From the human T2T-CHM13v2.0 reference genome, Homo sapiens: a stretch of DNA of 64,000 nt. Under the pieces are notes generated by a model, which had not been told where the DNA came from, made no database searches, and saw only the letters and a program-made list of their open reading frames with translations. A program made the translations under genes and the position numbers. The DNA is taken from NCBI RefSeq assembly GCF_009914755.1, contig NC_060926.1, one strand, 5' to 3'. Positions 60,363 through 64,000 of the stretch are shown here, in pieces (positions within the stretch are counted from its first letter, which is position 1; every line of letters begins with the position of its first letter).

Positions 60363-61091
60363 GGGGAATTCCTCAGGAATAAGAATGGAATTCCTCAACA
60401 TTGTGGAGGAACGTTGTGGGAAATTCCTCAAGAAAAAGAAGCTGTTTAATAAATGCACTGTGGCTACACAGCAGGAAAAATGCCTCCTTCCCCTGCACTG
60501 GGCCCTAGGCCTTGAGGAAGAAACCTGGGTTCCTGTGACAGCCCCTCTCTCCCCAGCTGTCACTTTTCCCGTGCGTGCACTGGGTATGAAATTCCTTGTA
60601 GAGGGACAGGAAGGTGCTGTTGGATGAGGTCAGTATTTCCTGGAAGGGGGGCTTCTGTTGGGGGCCAATATGCTCATTGTTAATTCTTGTACTTAATTTC
60701 TACTTTTGTAATTTGTTTCACATTACAGTTTCTCATTCTGGGACTAGTAGGAAATTACTTTATGCCTCAAATATGCATTTTCATTTTGTCTTTAATCAAC
60801 AAGTAACTTTGTGTGTGTGTTGCACGTGCTGCTGTAGTCACGTTGTGATACGCCAGTGTTACCAAATACGTCATGATCACCAAACAGCGATGGGGGCTGT
60901 ATTTGGGAAGATCTTCACAATTGCAAGCTTTTGGATGTGATTGTCACATAAAGCCGTGGTGTGCTGCAGTGAATGGACAAGGCCTCCGGAAGTGGGGATG
61001 ACCAGCCTAGGCCTTGGGTCACCCTAGGATCTGGCTGACTCCCTGGGTCTGGACATCAGCATCTCAGCACTGCCCGCTGTCTTTCCTGGAA
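60363..61091. promoter_or_regulatory. Candidate intronic enhancer: two kB sites, two GAS sites and one ETS site
   Basis: GGGGAATTCC 60363, GGGAAATTCC 60418, TTCCTGGAA 60637 and 61083, CCGGAAGT ~60986. Motif matches only. Confidence 0.4.
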
Positions 61092-61699
61092 GCTGCTATG
61101 GAGAGGATGTTAGCCAGTCCAGGGGTTTCACACATAACATAGATATCCTTGCTTGAAGGCTGAACAGGGGGAACCGTATGCTATGGCTTATTAATGTATT
61201 GAGTAAGTTAATCCTTTTCTCTTTCTTGTTTTATTTTATGTGGAAAATTCAATCTGAAAAATAACAGTGGCATACACACATCTGTGACTTTTTAATGTTA
61301 CTGGTATTTTCTAAAGGTACGTTTTGAATCTTACTATAAGTCATTTAAAAGAATTACAATGGACTTTGATTAACTAGTTCTGAATAAGAGAGGTTTCTTT
61401 ACCTAGTATGCCTTCTGGCAGTAACATTTCTTAGTCTCTAGTCCTATTCCTGTAGTTCCCTCTCCTCAGGGTCATCCCCACCCCTCAACTCTTTCGACAG
61501 CCATCTGGGTGTGAACTCTTTATCTAACTCCTTGTGTAGGATTCTACCCTCTCTTATATGATTCCGGCCATCTCCAGACCCCAGTGACGGTTCCCTTGCA
61601 ATCCTATTCTCTGACCTACACCCAGTACCCTTATTCCATCCTTTCTCTTCTTTGATTCTAGGTTGGGTTTTCATCCCCGTGTGTCTCATGCAAAAATGG

Positions 61700-62500
61700 T
61701 GGGTAGGTAGGTAGGTGGATTCCTTCCCTCCCTCCCTCTCTCCCTCCTTCCTTTCTTCCACAAGTATTTATTGAGCTGTTACAACAGACATGCAAGATGT
61801 GTAGGATGGGCCTCCTCATGGGTGTGGGAGAGGGGAGGGTCTGCTCTGCACTGCTTTCTTCCCTGGCCCAGGTAGGGAAGGCCAACAACTAGGGAGCTAC
61901 CCAATGTTACCAGAGCCAGGGGGCCCAGAGCCAGCAGTTCAAGGCACCTCGGTGCATTGCACCAGGGAGAGCCTGTGTCACTCGTCATGCCTGGCTTTGG
62001 AGGAGCAGATGTCTGCAAGGGCGCTGTGGGAAGCTTCTGATCAGAATCAGCTCTGAGATGGTCAGAAATCTCAGAAGCTTCCAGGCTAGGATTGGAAGAA
62101 TTGACTTCCAGACCCAGGAGGTGCCATAGAGGTGCATGGAGGTGGAATGGCACGGTGCTTATAAACGGCAAGGTAGGGAGCCAGCGCTGGACACAGAGCC
62201 AGCTGAACAGTGAAGGCAGAAGAGTAGGGGGCGCTGACCCTCATCCCAGGGGTCAGGCAGAAGGGGCCGATGGGATGGGTCAGGTGCTGCAGAGATGTTC
62301 AGTGGGCTGGAGACAGAGGGGTCTTGGCATGGAGAACCTAGGAGGGATAGTGGCCTGGGCAGTGCATCTCAGAGGAGCAGTGAGCTTAGAGGGCACATGG
62401 TGGTCGCTTCAGCAATGGATGAGTGGTGGAGACAGTAAGTATATAAATTCTTAAGTGAAGTTTCTGGGGCAGAAAAGGAGGGAAAATGAGGCCATTAGAA
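61700..62500 (-). mobile_element. L2 fragment with (GGTA)/(CCCT) simple repeats at its 3' end
   Basis: AAGTATTTATTGAGC followed by degenerate purine-rich L2-like body. Confidence 0.5.
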
Positions 62501-62509
62501 GAGTGTGGG

Positions 62510-62829
<320 letters not shown>

Positions 62830-63789
62830 AGAGTGTGGGGAGTCACCTTCTCTGCAAGAAGCTTCCTGGGCCTCCCAAATAAATCCATCCCTCCCCTCCC
62901 CCTCCCCCTCTCCCATTCCATACATTTTGGTGCCATTCACTATATAATTCCCAGCAGCTGCTTTCATATCTGGGGCATACTCACAGGGGTCAGTCAGGAG
63001 GGCACTGTCCTAGGACTGGGAGCGGGAGGATGTGGGGGTCTCCCCTTTGAGTTTCTGCTATGATGTGATTCCAATTGATGGGCCAACACACCTCTGATAC
63101 CTTGTGTTATGCTGTGTACTGCCTCAAAGTGAATAATAGCTTGGGATTTAGTTTGTGTAGTCTAAGGAAAATACTTTGTGTTGAACTAGTCAGGCTGTGT
63201 TATTGATGGCCATTAAAAGGCCTTGTGCTTAGGTCTTACAAGCTTTTCAAAGGCCCAAAGAAATGATTCAGACAAAAAAAAAAATTAGACTCCAAAATAC
63301 TAAAAGAAAACTGCAAAAACAGGTGAATTAATGGTGAAAGATCTGTAGGACATAGCAGTAAGGCTACCACAACCCAGCTTTTTGAGGTTGTCTTAAATTA
63401 ATGTGATATGGGGTGTAGGTATGTTAACATGCTTGATAATGGAAGAGTGAGGATACCTGCTTCTTAAACAGGGCCTGCTCATTTTTTTCTGGCCTCTAGT
63501 ACATTTCTTTCTGGCAAAACTCAAGCTCTGTTTTCACGGAGATGATGCACTGAGCCATGGCATCCCTAGGTGGTTTGATTCATTTCTGCACCCCGGTGTC
63601 TAGCAAAGTGCCACGTGCATGTGTTTAATCAAAATAGCTTGTGGTTGTCAAGCTCTTTGTATTCTTCCCTCCCTCCCTGTGATTTGATTTCCTGAAAGTA
63701 TCCTTTCCCCAAGGATTATGGAACATACACTTGTTAAACACTGGACCCATTTTCATGATCATTTAAATGTCATGACCTTTCTGACACCT

Positions 63790-64000
63790 TGATATGGTTT
63801 GGCTCTGTGTCCCCACCCAAATCTCATCTAAATTATAATCCCCATGTGTCCAGGGAGGGATCTGGTGGGAGGTGATTAGATCATGGGGGCAGTTTTTCCT
63901 ATGCTGTTCTCATGATAGTGAGTGAATTCTCATGAGATCTGATGGTTTAAAAGTGTTTGGCACTTCCCCCCTTGCTCTCTCTCCTGCTGTCATGTAAGAC
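63790..64000 (+). mobile_element. MSTA-like LTR, cut by the window end
   Basis: TGATATGGTTTGGCTCTGTGTCCCCACCCAAATCTCATC. Confidence 0.92.

Overview
This is human (primate) genomic DNA, mostly intronic and repeat-rich. I recognise it from memory as the 5' regulatory and untranslated part of IL1R1 (interleukin-1 receptor type 1, chr2q), + strand. A CpG island at ~52.6-53.4 kb holds the main non-coding first exon (~53066-53310, donor CAG|GTACGG). A second donor lies just upstream (52745) and a distal non-coding exon ends at 15164 (ACG|GTAAGA). The IL1R1 coding exons lie downstream of the window, and no ORF in the supplied track looks like a real CDS. The rest is Alu (J/S/Y), L1 (PA/MA/MC/ME), L2, MIR, an ancient CR1/L3 LINE, MaLR/ERV LTRs, hAT DNA-transposon fossils and microsatellites; subfamily names are by eye and provisional. 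I see no prokaryote-type system and cannot claim a new biological system. The best leads are: (1) a 45-bp inverted repeat in intron 1 (54157-54201 / 55148-55192) whose five mismatches all become G-U pairs in the sense RNA; (2) a cluster of NF-kB and STAT motifs at 60.4-61.1 kb; (3) overlapping uORFs and flanking inverted Alus at the distal exon; (4) an unexplained CpG-rich segment at ~4.04-4.33 kb.
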